A stretch of DNA of 64,000 bases from the human T2T-CHM13v2.0 reference genome, Homo sapiens, in NCBI RefSeq assembly GCF_009914755.1, contig NC_060932.1, one strand, 5' to 3'. The translations under genes were made by a program, and so were the position numbers. This document shows positions 17,030 to 30,882 of the stretch, piece by piece. Position 1 is the first letter of the stretch. Every line of letters starts with the position of its first letter. Under the pieces are notes generated by a model. That model was not told where the DNA came from. It did no database searches and was given only the letters and a program-made list of their open reading frames with translations.

Positions 17030-17356
17030 GTGAGGGCTGTTTACAAAGTACCACAAACTAGGTGACTTAAAACAGCAAATTTATTTGTTGAAGCCTTGGG
17101 CTGCTTAAAATCATGTTGGAAGGCAAAGCAGTAGCTGGCGTGTCACATCGCCAGAGTTGGAGCAAAAGAGAGAGTTGGGAGGAGGTGTCATGCACTTTAA
17201 AACAACATCTTCTGAGAACTCACTATCACGCAGCACCAAGCCATGAGGGATCCATCCTCATGACCCAAACACCTCCTACCAGGCCCCATCTCCATCACTG
17301 GGGATTACATTTCAGCATGTGATTTGAGGGGATGACAAATATCCAACCCATATCAC
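17030..17356 (-). mobile_element. MaLR LTR (MST/MLT-like), partly deleted
   Basis: 'catgacccaaacacctcctaccaggccccatctcc...ttacatttcagcatgtgatttg...catatca'. Confidence 0.75.
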
Positions 17357-18008
17357 ATATCATTAAGACTTCTTTTCTTTCTTTTTATTTCCTTTTTTTA
17401 TTGATTCTACTTGGAGGAAAATTGTAATATTTCATAATTTAAAATGAAATTTTGGTTGCAAAATTCCATTAATCCCAAGTTTCTGATTCTATCTTTTTAT
17501 AGTCACCTTTTTAAATGAAGTGTATATCTCATATGATAAACATCTTCATATTATATGTAAGATTAAATACTATGTTGATTTTACTAGATTTTTGTTTGCT
17601 CTTTACCACAGAGATTTATTTGAAATATAAATATTTTGCATAAAGTGAATACTTATTTTAATTAATGATTCATGGAACATATAGGTCAAATCATTGCAAC
17701 AAATGAAATCATGATAAAAGTCTTATTATCATAGATTGACTTCCTAATTCTTAATTTTAAAACAGTCCTTTACTTTCACAGGAAAGCCAAGTGACAATAG
17801 TGAAGTAATTTTGTAAGTTCTTTGTAGTCCATATTTTCATTAATCTCTTGTACATTCTTTGAAGTAGAAAATCTGAACAATATTTTACAGGTTTAAAAGC
17901 TGTTGAAGATATTTTTACAAGGCTACTGAGTAGTAAAAAATAACAGAATGAGAAGTTGGGTTCTAGTTTTCAGAGAACTACTTGTGTTTATTTTTTAAGA
18001 AATAATGC

Positions 18009-18339
<331 letters not shown>

Positions 18340-18576
18340 CTACACAATTCCAAATTTTTACTTATTATGGCAAATAGAATGTTAGAGTATAATTTATATT
18401 GGACTTTGTTGGATTTATTAATGTGAATCCTTGAAAAATTTCCTACTGATTTTAATATAGGTAAGACCAAGATCTGTAAATATTATTTTTATTCTGTTTT
18501 AGTAGGTAAGTATATAGCTTCTTTACAGTAGATGGACTTATTTTTTCACTACTATTATGAATTATTTTAATAACAA

Positions 18577-18716
18577 TTTTTTTTTTTTTTTTACTTTGTA
18601 GAGATTGGGTCTTGCTATGTTGCCCAGGTTGATCTTGAACTCCTGGCCTCAAATGATCCTCCCACCTCAACCTCCTGAAGTGCCGGGATTGGAGGCCCAA
18701 GCCACTGTGCCTGGCC
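18577..18716 (-). mobile_element. Alu left monomer (FLAM-like)
   Basis: Poly-T followed by a single left arm ending 'gccactgtgcctggcc'. Confidence 0.85.
18602..18678 (+). CDS. VPS13B: Coding part of an Alu-derived alternative terminal exon of VPS13B ('17b'): (E)IGSCYVAQVDLELLASNDPPTSTS*
   Basis: T16-ACTTTGTAG acceptor (AG 18600-18601). Joined to the phase-1 G ending exon 1886-2067 it gives 25 codons then TGA (18676-18678). 838+25 = 863 aa, the length I recall for the short VPS13B isoform. Candidate poly(A) signals: ATTAAA 18778 and 19009, AATAAA 19115. Confidence 0.75.
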
Positions 18717-19614
18717 CTTTATAAATTATGTTATAATTTCATGTAATACATAATTGTATAGTCAAAATGGCTCACATATTAAATATTCTTTATACAAGGA
18801 AGTCTCAAAGAGAAATTACATTTGAAATAGTTTATTCTAAAAAGTTTTCAAATACTTCAGTTACAGAACTTAAAGTTTATAATGTATACTAAATGTTAAT
18901 ATTTGGTTCGTACTCAAAATTTTTTTTTTAAGGACAAGAGATGTAGGTTCTGTGGGTCTAAAAATAATACCCATATGTGTCACTATATATTAGTTCTTAT
19001 AATAAGCAATTAAAAATGTATAACCATATACATAATTACTCATTTTTCTTTGATGATAGTTTAAATAATTAAGAATGTGCTAAATATATTCTGAAGATGA
19101 GCACAATTTCAAGTAATAAATTATGTAGGGCTGGTTCTAGGTTTAAGTGAATAAGGAGAAGATAGCTGCTGAGTGCTGGACCAGAATCCCATTTTATTTA
19201 TTTACTTCTACCTGTATTATGCTCTGGGAATCAGCATTTCCTACACTATAAAGGAAATTTCCAAGGCAGAGCAGCTAATTTTACCCTGGATATTCTCAGC
19301 ACCTCATTTCTAATCCTTGTGGCATACAGTTCTTTTATTGACCCCTATATTCTCAAACACATCTCCCATTGAGCTATGTTCCTTTGGGGTGTACTTCTGT
19401 GGCACTCTGCAGTATCCTCAGTATCTTTCTATTATGGCCATTGGATTCCACTGGATCGGATATCGGGTCATTTTTGTAGTGTTTGTATGTGAATACATTT
19501 ATAGTCTCACATTTGGTGCCATTGTGTTAGACATAGAACATTCTCGAAACTATATTTGAAAGCTGAATGTCTGGAAGTTGAACAATAAACTTACATTATA
19601 AGGTCTTGAAAAAT

Positions 19615-19906
<292 letters not shown>

Positions 19907-20607
19907 AGGTCTTAAAAATATTTAATGTTTAACTGTCTTTCCTATTGGTATGGCGTTCTTGGGCTAGGAAATTAAGGATATATGTGAGAACTATCTCAGG
20001 TGACAAATGACTGAGACGCAGGAGGTGGTGCTTAGTTCTGGGAGCCTGCCAGCCAGACATCCTCACTTCCCACAAGCCCATTGGATTTTTTTCCCTTACT
20101 CTCATCCTTGTTACTACCATGATTGTAAGATGAAGCCGTCCCTAAATGTGAAATTTTCTTATAGGAATGAGAGGCTGAATGAAGTAGGCAAAAGGCATCT
20201 TTGTTTTCTTTTGCCATGAGAGGACAAGGTAAGGGAGGCTTCTGGCAGTCACTCTACTTACACTTGAGGACAAGCCTGAAGCTGTCTACCTTTTACTTCT
20301 TTTAACTCACACACACCTCTGGCTGAATTCTTGCCGACTTCTTGCATATCTTCTACCAGGCTTCCACCCGGTAATAGTAAGTACAGCAACAAAAGTGGAG
20401 GAAGGGGAGAGGACTTGGTTTGCTCTCTGCCCTGAAAGACAATCATCTTTTATATTAGGAAGCTCCAGGCCCCTGGCAGGTCAGGATTTCCAAGGATCCT
20501 TCTTGGTAGATTTAGACAAGCTAGATTTTGGAAAGGAGAGTTGTTAGGTATAGCTGTGGTTCAGCTGGCAGTTAAAACTTTTGTTCTGTTAGAGCCTGTT
20601 ACTACTG

Positions 20608-20782
<175 letters not shown>

Positions 20783-20895
20783 TTACTTATGCTTTCTGTA
20801 ATAGATGTTGTTGGTTCAGTACTTTTGTTCTTTCAGTAGTACCACGAGTTTCTTTTGGAGAACTCTTTTGCCAATCAAAGCAATTGTGCAATTTT

Positions 20896-21202
<307 letters not shown>

Positions 21203-21239
21203 CAGTCGTGCAATTTTGATGGAAGTGACTGACTAAATT

Positions 21240-21680
21240 TCAGGCACGGGCTGTGACTGGCTTTAGCCAATCGAAACATTCCCTTCACCTCTCTCCTTCT
21301 ATACTGATTGGTTGAGAAACCTAATTGAGGCCAATGGGGTTGAAAAACCTAATTGAAACCAATGAGATGTCACAGGGTGTTGCTGGGCAAATTAGAAATC
21401 ATCTTCCTTCTGAAACCATCAGACAAATAGGCTCTTTTCCTTGGAAAGTGTGCTGTGAGCCTATGAGATCTGCAACTGTTGCAATCATTGTGTTATCATT
21501 ACATTACATTATAGCCACAAAGAAGGGAAGTCTGAGGAAGACAGGTGGAGGAAGGCAGAGCTGAGAAATCTCAGAGAAATAGAGTCAGAGAACTGATAAC
21601 ATTGTGAATCTCAGATCTATCTCTGAACTCTGCATTACCATATGATTTAAGCTGATCTAAGGTGGTCTTTTTCTCTTCTT
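21240..21680 (+). mobile_element. Old MaLR LTR (MLT1-type) remnant
   Basis: 'gtgactggctttagccaatc...tgattggttgag...ccaatgaga' pattern typical of MLT1J-L LTRs. Confidence 0.5.
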
Positions 21681-23155
21681 CTTCCTTAGTGCTGCTCCTA
21701 CTTTTATTTCCATCATGAAGAATCTTAAGTGATATAGTTTGTCAGGATAAAACCCAAACTTCTGAGCATGAAATCAAAAGGTCCTTATGATATGATTCTT
21801 TTCTACCAATGTATGTAGCTCCATTTTCAGAACTACTACTCTCCCCTTTGCCTTCACATCTCTTATATTTTTGATGTTCTTAACCATATCAACCCCATAA
21901 AGTTTCTAGGCTAAGTCACGCTTTCATATGCCTGTTTTCATATACCCCCAAAATCTTATTCTTTCTTTAGGATTAGTCTTAGTAAGTATCCTCTGCAAAT
22001 ACTTCTCTCCCTCATTTAAGCAGATTTGATTATTTTCTCCTTTGTGAAATCATTGTGATTAATATATCAGCTTAGTTTGACAGATATTTCTTACCTACTA
22101 AGTGCTAGACTTGGACCCTGTTTTCAAAGCTCTTTAATTCTAGCTGGGTAATATGGCGTGTGTTTTTTGTACACATCACTCTTTATTGTAGTTACTTTTG
22201 TACTGAGATTTTCTGACAAAATCTAATGTGCTGTAATAGTTCATATTGTTAATACACATCTTAAGAAGTTTCCATTTGTTATTACTACCTAATTCTAATA
22301 AAAATTTTATTGCAAATATTCATTGAAAATAAATATAATAATTAGTTTTAATAATCAAATATAACATTTTTTCCAGATTTCCATGTCAAAAATTATAGAT
22401 AGTCCTCTGACAAAAATTGGGTTAATATTATTTGTAACTTGGAAAACATAATTTTTCAGTAAAATGGCTAATAATTTTTTCCCTATCTGACTTGACCTGC
22501 TTTTTAGATCCTTTTATATAAGAAGTAGTAATTCTTTTAAAGTAAATATTTCTCTAAGAGCCTGCTTTGATAGTCCATACATACTTTTCTCTTCTCTGTA
22601 GCTAGAGCCCCTGTATTTTCAGCTATGCCCCAGGGTTCAGGACTAATCCTGTCTATGAACCTCTGTTGGTATAACTTTTGCACATTTATTCAATGTTCAT
22701 GTGATTCAGGAGCATGTCCTCAACTTTGCAGTGTGTTGCCTTGACTGTGGGCTTAGCTTTATGTATTGAAAGCTCCTACTTGAGCTGACTAAGCTTTCAT
22801 CTTGAACTGCCATTTCAGTTGCTGGATGCCTTTTTTTTTTTTTTTGGCTGGGCCACATTCCCTGTTTGGTATCCTAGCCCGTCAGAGGCTACCGTCATGA
22901 ATTTCCCTTTCTAGACTCCCATAAGTTCTGCAGGCTTTTCCTTAATTCCAACTCTCTGGATGTGGTACTCCCCCATAAGTATTACCAGACCAATTTGGAG
23001 ACATCTACTTGCTTACTACCCATTTAATTTTTTAAAAAGTTATTATTCATTATATTATATTTGCCTGCTGGGACACCTACTGTATTGTTTCTTATTGGAC
23101 AGGTATTAGACCTGACCACTTGTCTCAACTTTTGCCTTCTATCCAATTCTTGAGA

Positions 23156-23355
23156 TCAGGATTTGGCAAATAATCTGGCTCACTCTTTGCTTTTATAAAT
23201 AAAATTTTATTGGAACACAATCATGCTCACTCCTTTAATTATTGTCTGTGACTACATTTATCCTACAATGGTAGGGTTGAGTAGTTGCCACAAACATATT
23301 GTCCACAAATTTGAAAACATTTATCTTGCCCTTTACCAGAAAAAATTTATCCACT
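23156..23355 (+). mobile_element. MER58-type hAT MITE
   Basis: 'ttttataaataaaattttattggaacaca...cctttaccagaaaaaattt'. Confidence 0.75.
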
Positions 23356-24418
23356 GCATAAAGTATAGCTTATAGCCTTGTACTTTTCATATGGTGCCTA
23401 TTTCAAACATTGTACTTTTTATCTGTAGAGAACTTAATAAAAATTAACATACTTATCAGATTTTTCATGTAATTTTAAAATTTACTTAGTCAAATATTGA
23501 CAGAAGAAGTCCTGGAATTTAAACTTTATTGCTAATTTTTCTTCATTTTTTTTACCAGCATTTTGTTAACGTGTCTCATCCACAATGTGTATAGGTTTAA
23601 CTGATTATATTAATTGATACTTTTTACCTATGTTTAATCATGTACCCATAGTACCAAATACCAGGTGTTGTCCAATTTATTTTCTCAATACTTTAACAAC
23701 ATATTCATTTCTCTCCATCTTTACTTCTGTCACACTAAGGCAATTCCATAATTTCTTTTTCCATCCAATCTATTGTCTATTTTGTACCAGAGTGAGCTTT
23801 GAAAAACTCAGATGTGACAAGTACTACCAGCCCTTCACTGACTTCATATTAATTGTAGGATAAAAACTTAAATATGGACCTATTCCCCAGTAACCTCTGA
23901 GCTTCTCAAAAGAACTATGCTTCTTTCTATTTTGGAGTTTTTTTCAATATACTCCATATTTCTGCAATGCCCATGTCTCTCTATTTAATCTATTTATATC
24001 AACTTATCCTTTGGAGCCCACCTTAAATGTCAGTTCCTCAGAGGAGCCTTCTTTAAGTAGAAAATAGGTTCCTCAAAGGCAGGTTGCATGTCTGATTTTT
24101 TTCCCTGCTGTATCCTCAGTAACTAATGTTTACTTTGCAGAATGTCTAAAGATGATAAGTGTTGTATGTCTGCTTTTTTGGTGAATGTTCAAAATGTAAA
24201 TAGTTTACAAATTCTACTAATTCTTAAAGATCACCTCTTATTTTGCCTGCCTGACACCATGTGTTGTATAGGGTGTACAAACTAGGAGATTAGTCTCTGT
24301 TAGTGAGCAAAGTAAATCACTTACAATTAGATTATAGGAATTAATTGTTAAGAAAATACTGTGATTTAAGTTATGTGTGAAAAATTGTTAAAATAGAATT
24401 TCTGTATGCATTCTTATC

Positions 24419-24965
24419 TGTGTCTAAAGTCCTTAAGACCATCCTTACTTTAGAGAGCATCTAGAAGGACTTACAGGACTCAAGATGTAGTTGTACGCAT
24501 TACTAAGATTTATTATAGCAATGTAGTAAGGATACATACTTGGGTCATAAGAGGAAAAGACATAGGTTGAGTCTGGAGAAACTCATGCATGTGATTCCTT
24601 TTGCCCCCTGCCTCCTGTGAAGGCACAGGTATGCTTGAGTATTGAGTATACTCCTTTTTCCACCAACAAAAAAATACACTAATATGAGCATTGTTTGAAG
24701 CCCATTCAGTGCCCAAGGTTTTCGTTGGGGGCTGGTCATATAAACAACCTCTGCCTTGCAAGTACCAAAATCCTGGACTCCTAGAAGGAAAGCGGATGTT
24801 CAGTATAAGCTTTTCTTTTTGTACAGAAGGCTCCACATAGCAAACCACTCTTATCTTAGAGGATGCGGGGAAGGCAACTTCCCAGACTTCACCAGTCAAG
24901 GTCCAGCTTTCCAAGCAGGCTTTCCAAAGGATAACAGTCTTAGGCTTGCTATATTGTCTTTTTTG
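24419..24965 (-). mobile_element. MER21-like ERV LTR
   Basis: 'ctagaaggacttacaggactca...ctaagatttattatagc' and 'cattcagtgcccaaggttttcgttgggggctggtcata' match my recollection of MER21. Confidence 0.7.
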
Positions 24966-25189
24966 TAGTGTTCTTAAAATAATGTTTTCTAATGTTATTT
25001 GCTTTTTATTCTAGTCACAGAGGTACTTCTAGCTAGATACATTCCTACATTGAATTAAATTGAAGTTCTTTTAGTAACTAAGAAAGGGGTATGAGTAGTA
25101 GGTAGGCAGCTACTAATCCTATTATGCTAAGATTTTTTTCAAGTCTCCCTTGGGAAAAATTTGAATGCCTAATGGGGCACATCATGTGC

Positions 25190-25530
25190 TACAATTGCTT
25201 TTGTTCACTATGCTTAAGCCACATCGATCTCTTTTCTGGACTTTAAATACAACAAACTTTCTTCTGCTGCAGGGCTTTTACTGTGTTATTCACTTTTCCT
25301 GTTAGGTCCTTTCCATTTTTACTTGGCTTATAACCACTTATTTTTCATGTCTCAATTTAAACTTCATCTGTGATACCTCACTACCCTCTCCTCCCATGTC
25401 TCTTAGGTTAGCTACTCCCAGTATTACCTTTCAATTGGATTATAATTGTTTACTGTCTTTTCTTTTCTAGAGGAACATATTCTCATCCTAGCATATCACA
25501 TGAATGAATGAATGAATGAATGAATGAATG
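25190..25530 (+). mobile_element. L2 3' end with (TGAA)n tail
   Basis: L2-like body followed by (tgaa)7 at 25501-25529. Confidence 0.6.
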
Positions 25531-25639
25531 TAAAATTTGGGTGGAGGAGAATAGGGGAGTGCTAGAGGAAAAGGAGGGAAAGAGATTAAAATTTGTATGA
25601 CATTTTTGAGAATTATATATTTAATAATTCAAATTTACC

Positions 25640-25910
25640 CTATCTAGTATCGTAGCCACCAGTCACATGTAGCTATTGGATACTTACATGTGGCTAATCT
25701 GAATTGAGAAATAAGTGTAAAATACTTACTGGGTTCAAATACTTTTAAAAAAAGAATGTAAAGTATCTTAATTTCATTACATTTTAAAGTCATTAAATTG
25801 TTTTTGGATATATTGAATAAGTAAAAATGTTAATATTGATTTCACCTGTTTTTACTTTTTTAATGTGGTTAGTACAAGATTTTAAGTGACATTTTCTAAT
25901 AGACAGTACT
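25640..25910. mobile_element. MER33/MER3-type hAT MITE
   Basis: 'gtagccaccagtcacatgtagctatt...atgtggcta...aagtgtaaaatac'. Confidence 0.7.
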
Positions 25911-26194
25911 TGCTCGGAAAGTGAGGCGTTGATGTTTTACCTTAGTGTGTGGTCCTACAAATTTAAACTTTAGGCTATTATCAAGAAGAAAGTATCTAAA
26001 AAATGGCACATTAGCTTTTCTTTCCTATTGTACTGGTACTAGTTTGGGGCAAAAAATGTTGTGTTTTCTGTTTACTCTTTTCATTATTTTCTGTTTACTC
26101 ATTTTCTGTTTACTCTTTTTTCATTATGTAAGTAAATGATCAAAACAACTGTAACAGATCATGTTCATGTTTATTCCCTCTAATAACATTTATA

Positions 26195-26540
26195 ATAGTA
26201 ACAATAATTGCTAACACATAAGTGATTATCGTGTGCCTGGCACTGTTCTAAGGGCTTCATATATACTAACACATTTAATCCTTAGAATAGCCCTGTTGTT
26301 AGATACCATTGTCATTCCTTTTTAACAGATGAGGAAACTGGGGCGCAGAGGCAGTAACACGGTCAAGGACACAGCATGTTTGAGTCTTAATTCCGCTACC
26401 TGATAATGATAGTACCTAAGAATGTGATTTAGAGAATTAAATGTGATTCAGAGATAATTTACTTTCAGAGCTCTGGCTATATGACTTACTACATGTGACT
26501 TTTCACATAGTAGGCATTCAGTAGATATTTTTTTATTTGA
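26195..26540. mobile_element. Two MIR fragments in opposite orientations
   Basis: 'ttttaacagatgaggaaactgggg' (-) followed by 'ataatgatagtaccta...catagtaggcattcagta' (+). Confidence 0.7.
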
Positions 26541-27152
26541 AGAACACTGAGAAGGTGTAGTTTCTAGTTTATGCTTTCCAGCTATATTATATATGGGTAT
26601 TTTTGTGTATTTCATTTTTGGTAATATAGTTTTGAATCTCAAAATACAAAAGAGCCGTGCGTATATGAACCTCACTAAGCCTCATTATAAAAGACACATG
26701 AGTTGATTCCTTTTCTTGGCAAATCCTTCCAGGATAAAAATAGAGCTGTCACTAGAACAAAAAAAGTATGGAAAAAGAAAGCTACTAGTTTTGGTAGTGA
26801 CTAGGGTTGCTTTGGGCCATATCTGGTTGTGCCAGTTTGTTTACTTATTATCTATGGTGACTTTTGCACAATGCCAGACTTGAGTACTTGCAATAGAGAT
26901 TTCATGGCTCACAAAGATTTTGGCCCTTTGCATAAAACATTTGCCAGTTTCTGACTCATGAACATATCAATCCAATAAAAGAATCTAGTGCTGGACCACA
27001 ATTAAATTAGAATCTCCTAGGTTTTTCCTGGGCTGCTCCCTTAAAGGTATGCCAGTTAGACTGTCTTGAGATTGTTTTTAGGGGAAAGTTGGATTTTGAT
27101 TATATCCAAATATGGTCAGAGTGGAATCCTGAGCGTTCACAATAAGTGTATC

Positions 27153-27342
27153 CCAGGAGTTGGCAAACTGCAGCTTGCAGTGGCCTGGTCTTGTATTGCT
27201 TACAAGCTAAGAATGTTTATTTACATTATTAGAGGATTGAAAAAAGAGGAGGAAGAAGAAGAAATGTGAGTCCATATGTAGCACACAAAGTCTAAAATAT
27301 TTACTATCTGGCCCTTTATAGAAGAAGTTTGCTGATCCTTGG
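27153..27342 (+). mobile_element. MER58-type hAT MITE
   Basis: 'caggagttggcaaact...tatttactatctggccctttatagaagaagtttgctgatcct'. Confidence 0.75.
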
Positions 27343-27399
27343 TCTGCATAATCTGCACTGTTTTTTCTGATCACTACCCTGGTAGTAGCCAAAAGGAGA

Positions 27400-28460
27400 T
27401 GATTCCTTTGTGATGACAGATGCATTTGTTGACATTTATTTACAGTCTTAGCACTGTAGACTAAGAGAGGGTAAGGGAGGTGGAGTTTTGTGTTTCAGTT
27501 GATTTATAAGGATGCAGTTTTGGTGTTTGATAATATTTGATGCCTCTGGATTAGATAGCGAACATGGAATATCCATCAAATATTGTTGATTGTTTAGCTG
27601 TTGTGTGCTCTTTATGATAAAAGGGCATTGTCAAAGTGCCATTGTCGTCTGGCACATGGTCTTGAAAACTGAAAATATGTAATAGCTTAATTGTTATGGC
27701 CACAGTGGTGCAGAGGGAGTCAGCTGATCAGAATGAATGGGAGGTGGGTGGGAATGAAATAAGTTTGACAAGAGTAGTCTGGAAAGGGATGGAGTGGTAA
27801 TGCCTCATGCAATGTGGCCTTTCTTGTGATGTAAACTGGTTGAGTTTTGGTGGTCACAAGTCTGCCATACAGTGGTAATCTCTGCATCAGAAACAGTCGT
27901 TTGCTTTTTGCCCAGTCTATGATGGTGAATATGTTGCTATGTGATACAGTGATGGATCCAGGCAGCAATTGTGACAATCTGGGTGGTGCAGGTTTGATCA
28001 ACACCTTGATTCCAGTTGACCTCATCCTGGAATGGGCCCCTACTGTGGTCATCAGCATGAGTGACCCAGATTATCTGATCAGCAATGATTTTTTTTCTAT
28101 AGTTTGTGGCCTCTAAGCTTTAGTCTTTAAATCTGCCACTCTGGTTTTCCAAGTGGCAGCGTAAACAGGTAGGCCATTGGCAATAACGATCAGTCATTTA
28201 TAACAAGATTCCTCAAGGGAAATAATTGCCAGAATTATGAGAATGGCCTTGAATTTTGCCTACTGAGTTATGCCCACTGAATAGCTGGAGCTAAGATAAA
28301 ACAGCAGCAGTAGCACGATGTATACCATTGGGTTTCAGTTTAGTTGAATGATCAGTGAATCAGACTCTGACATTTTGGGGAATTTCATGTATCAAAGGCC
28401 CCATTAGGCCTGCAGCTTGGCTTCAAGTGGCAAAATGAGGGTTAAAGTTTCTCCCCAAGG
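27400..28460 (-). mobile_element. Probable ancient RTE-clade LINE (L4-like) reverse-transcriptase relic
   Basis: Degenerate minus-strand motifs in RT order: 'ENQSGRF' (~PESQCGFR, 28129-28150), a 'C..QIVTI...IH' (~GCP.KF..II..FH) stretch, and an FADD-like region near 27620. Judged by eye only. Confidence 0.4.
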
Positions 28461-28464
28461 GATG

Positions 28465-28848
28465 TGTCTTGCTATGTTTTGTGCTTCTATAACAGAATAC
28501 TACAGGCAGGATAATTTATAATGAATGGAGATTTATTGGATCATAGTTCTGGAGGCTGAGAGGTCAAATATTGAGATGCTAGCATCTGGCAAGAGCCTTC
28601 TTGCAGCCTCCTCACATGGCACAAAGGCAAAGAGAGTGAGTGAGTGTGTGTGCACGCACACTGGTGAGGGGGGCTAGTCCGCTTCTGTGATAACAAGCCT
28701 ACTCTCGCTATAATGGCCTTAGTTCATCCATGAGGGCAGAGTCCTCATGACCTAAACATCTCTTAAAAATCCCACCTTCCAATACTGTCACAATGGCAAT
28801 TAAATTTCAATATGAGTTTTGGAGGGGACAAACATTCAAACCATAGCA
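28465..28848 (-). mobile_element. Solo MaLR LTR (MSTC/MLT1A-like)
   Basis: TG...CA ends; exact 5-bp TSD GGATG (28460-28464 and 28849-28853). Confidence 0.88.
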
Positions 28849-29790
28849 GGATGGCTGCCACTTTTTCATGTAAATTCAAAAGCTTCTGGGTGCCAAGCCT
28901 GGTATGTTCTTGAATATGCTGTTTTCATTTGACCAGGGGCAGCTACCTTACTCAGATCGAGCCAGTTGTAATGTCTCTCTATAAGTTTAAAGTCCATAAA
29001 ACTGGTGTTGGGCAAATCAGAATTTTTTTCTGAGAGTTTTGAACTTGGAACCAGAGAAAAATGAGGCTTGTTTTTAGTGACAAAAAAGTGTAAGAATTGG
29101 TAGTTGTCATTGTTTGTTTCCTGCCATGATGAGAAATTAGGTCTACAGAGAGCTTAAAGTCATCTGAAGTGACAAAGAGACAGAGTTTTGGAGTCATTTG
29201 AGACTCTGCTTCCAATAGTTTCTGAGGCCTTGTCTTTCCCTTATCTTCACTGGGTTTTACCAATAAATCTCAGCTTTTGTTTAGGCTAGTTTAAATTGGC
29301 TTTCTGTCACTGATTAAAATATGAGTCCTAGCAAATACATATTACTCTCTTAGGCCAAGTATAATTACTGATGGTTTGGCATGTTAATTTAAGACATATT
29401 AATTTGTATTTCACCTAGACCCATTTCTGTTTGTTTGTGTTGATGTCATGGAAGAAGGAATGAAAACTGTATGCACATTAAACTAGATGTCATTTCCAAA
29501 TTTGTCAGAGTTGTTGTTAAACATATGAAGTGATTTTCTCTAAGACACAGAAGAAGCATAAAACGTTAAAGTATACTTTGGATTAAAGGTAATAAAATTA
29601 GAAACAAAGATTTGATTGGCACAAGCAAGAAAAGTTATGGAGTTTTGGGTTATATTGGACTCCTAGGGAATATGAATCTGTACTTTGAACATGACTTAGT
29701 ACATTGGTGAGAGAGCTAACATGAGTTTGGATTGATTCTACATCAGAAGATTCACCAGGAAGAACTGAGAAATTCTTCTTAGTTTTATTC

Positions 29791-30382
29791 TTTTTTTTTT
29801 TTTTTTTTTTATTATACTCTAAGTTTTAGGGTACATGTGCACATTGTGCAGGTTAGTTACATATGTATACATGTGCCATGCTGGTGCGCTGCACCCACTA
29901 ATGTGTCATCTAGCATTAGGTATATCTCCCAATGCTATCCCTCCCCCCTCCCCCGACCCCACCACAGTCCCCAGAGTGTGATATTCCCCTTCCTGTGTCC
30001 ATGTGATCTCATTGTTCAATTCCCACCTATGAGTGAGAATATGCGGTGTTTGGTTTTTTGTTCTTGCGATAGTTTACTGAGAATGATGGTTTCCAATTTC
30101 ATCCATGTCCCTACAAAGGATATGAACTCATCATTTTTTATGGCTGCATAGTATTCCATGGTGTATATGTGCCACATTTTCTTAATCCAGTCTATCATTG
30201 TTGGACATTTGGGTTGGTTCCAAGTCTTTGCTATTGTGAATAGTGCCGCAATAAACATACGTGTGCATGTGTCTTTATAGCAGCATGATTTATACTCATT
30301 TGGGTATATACCCAGTAATGGGATGGCTGGGTCAAATGGTATTTCTAGTTCTAGATCCCTGAGGAATCGCCACACTGACTTC
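29791..30382 (-). mobile_element. L1HS-Ta, 5'-truncated (~590 bp), human-specific
   Basis: Pure T20 tail; Ta-diagnostic ACA (tgt at 29902-29904) and 3'UTR G (c at 29819); uninterrupted ORF2 C-terminus ending KHRIFSLIGGN*. Confidence 0.93.
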
Positions 30383-30724
30383 GTTTCAGAATTTTGAGCA
30401 GTACTGTTGACATTAGAAAAGATTTAAAAATACCTAACAGGTTTCCAATAAGCTATTTGAAGAGGAAGAAAAATGAAAAGGAGAGAAATGTTAATTTTTT
30501 TAAAAGAGAGAGGCTTTAATAACTATTTTCTTATGAATATATCTTTGAAGTTTATTCTGTTACACAGAAAAAAACATACATCTAAATGACTATTGCTTTT
30601 TTAAATTCTTTTAGCTAATACTTTTCAGTCGCGGACACACCGTGTTCTCAGAGTTTTAAAACTTCTTTGAAATTTTTTTTGGTGGCCAATTTTGCAGACA
30701 CACAAGGAAATCAGTACCTCAGCT

Positions 30725-30882
30725 ATTTATTCAGGAGTGGAGTCTCACTCTGTCACCCAAGCTAGAGTACAGGGGCACAACCATCATAGCTGACTGCAAA
30801 CTTGAACTCCTGGGCTCAGGCCATGCTCCTGCCCCAGCCTCCCCAGCAGCTGATACTACAGCTGTGCACCGCCATGCCCAGC
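30725..30882 (-). mobile_element. Alu right monomer (FRAM/AluJ-like)
   Basis: 13-bp TSD CAGTACCTCAGCT (30712-30724 and 30883-30895). Confidence 0.85.

Noticed and set aside
25501-25529. (TGAA)n as a regulatory array
   Set aside because: Explained as the normal L2 3' tail.
26063-26126. Three short direct repeats of TTTTCTGTTTACTC
   Set aside because: Low-complexity slippage repeat without unique spacers; not CRISPR-like.
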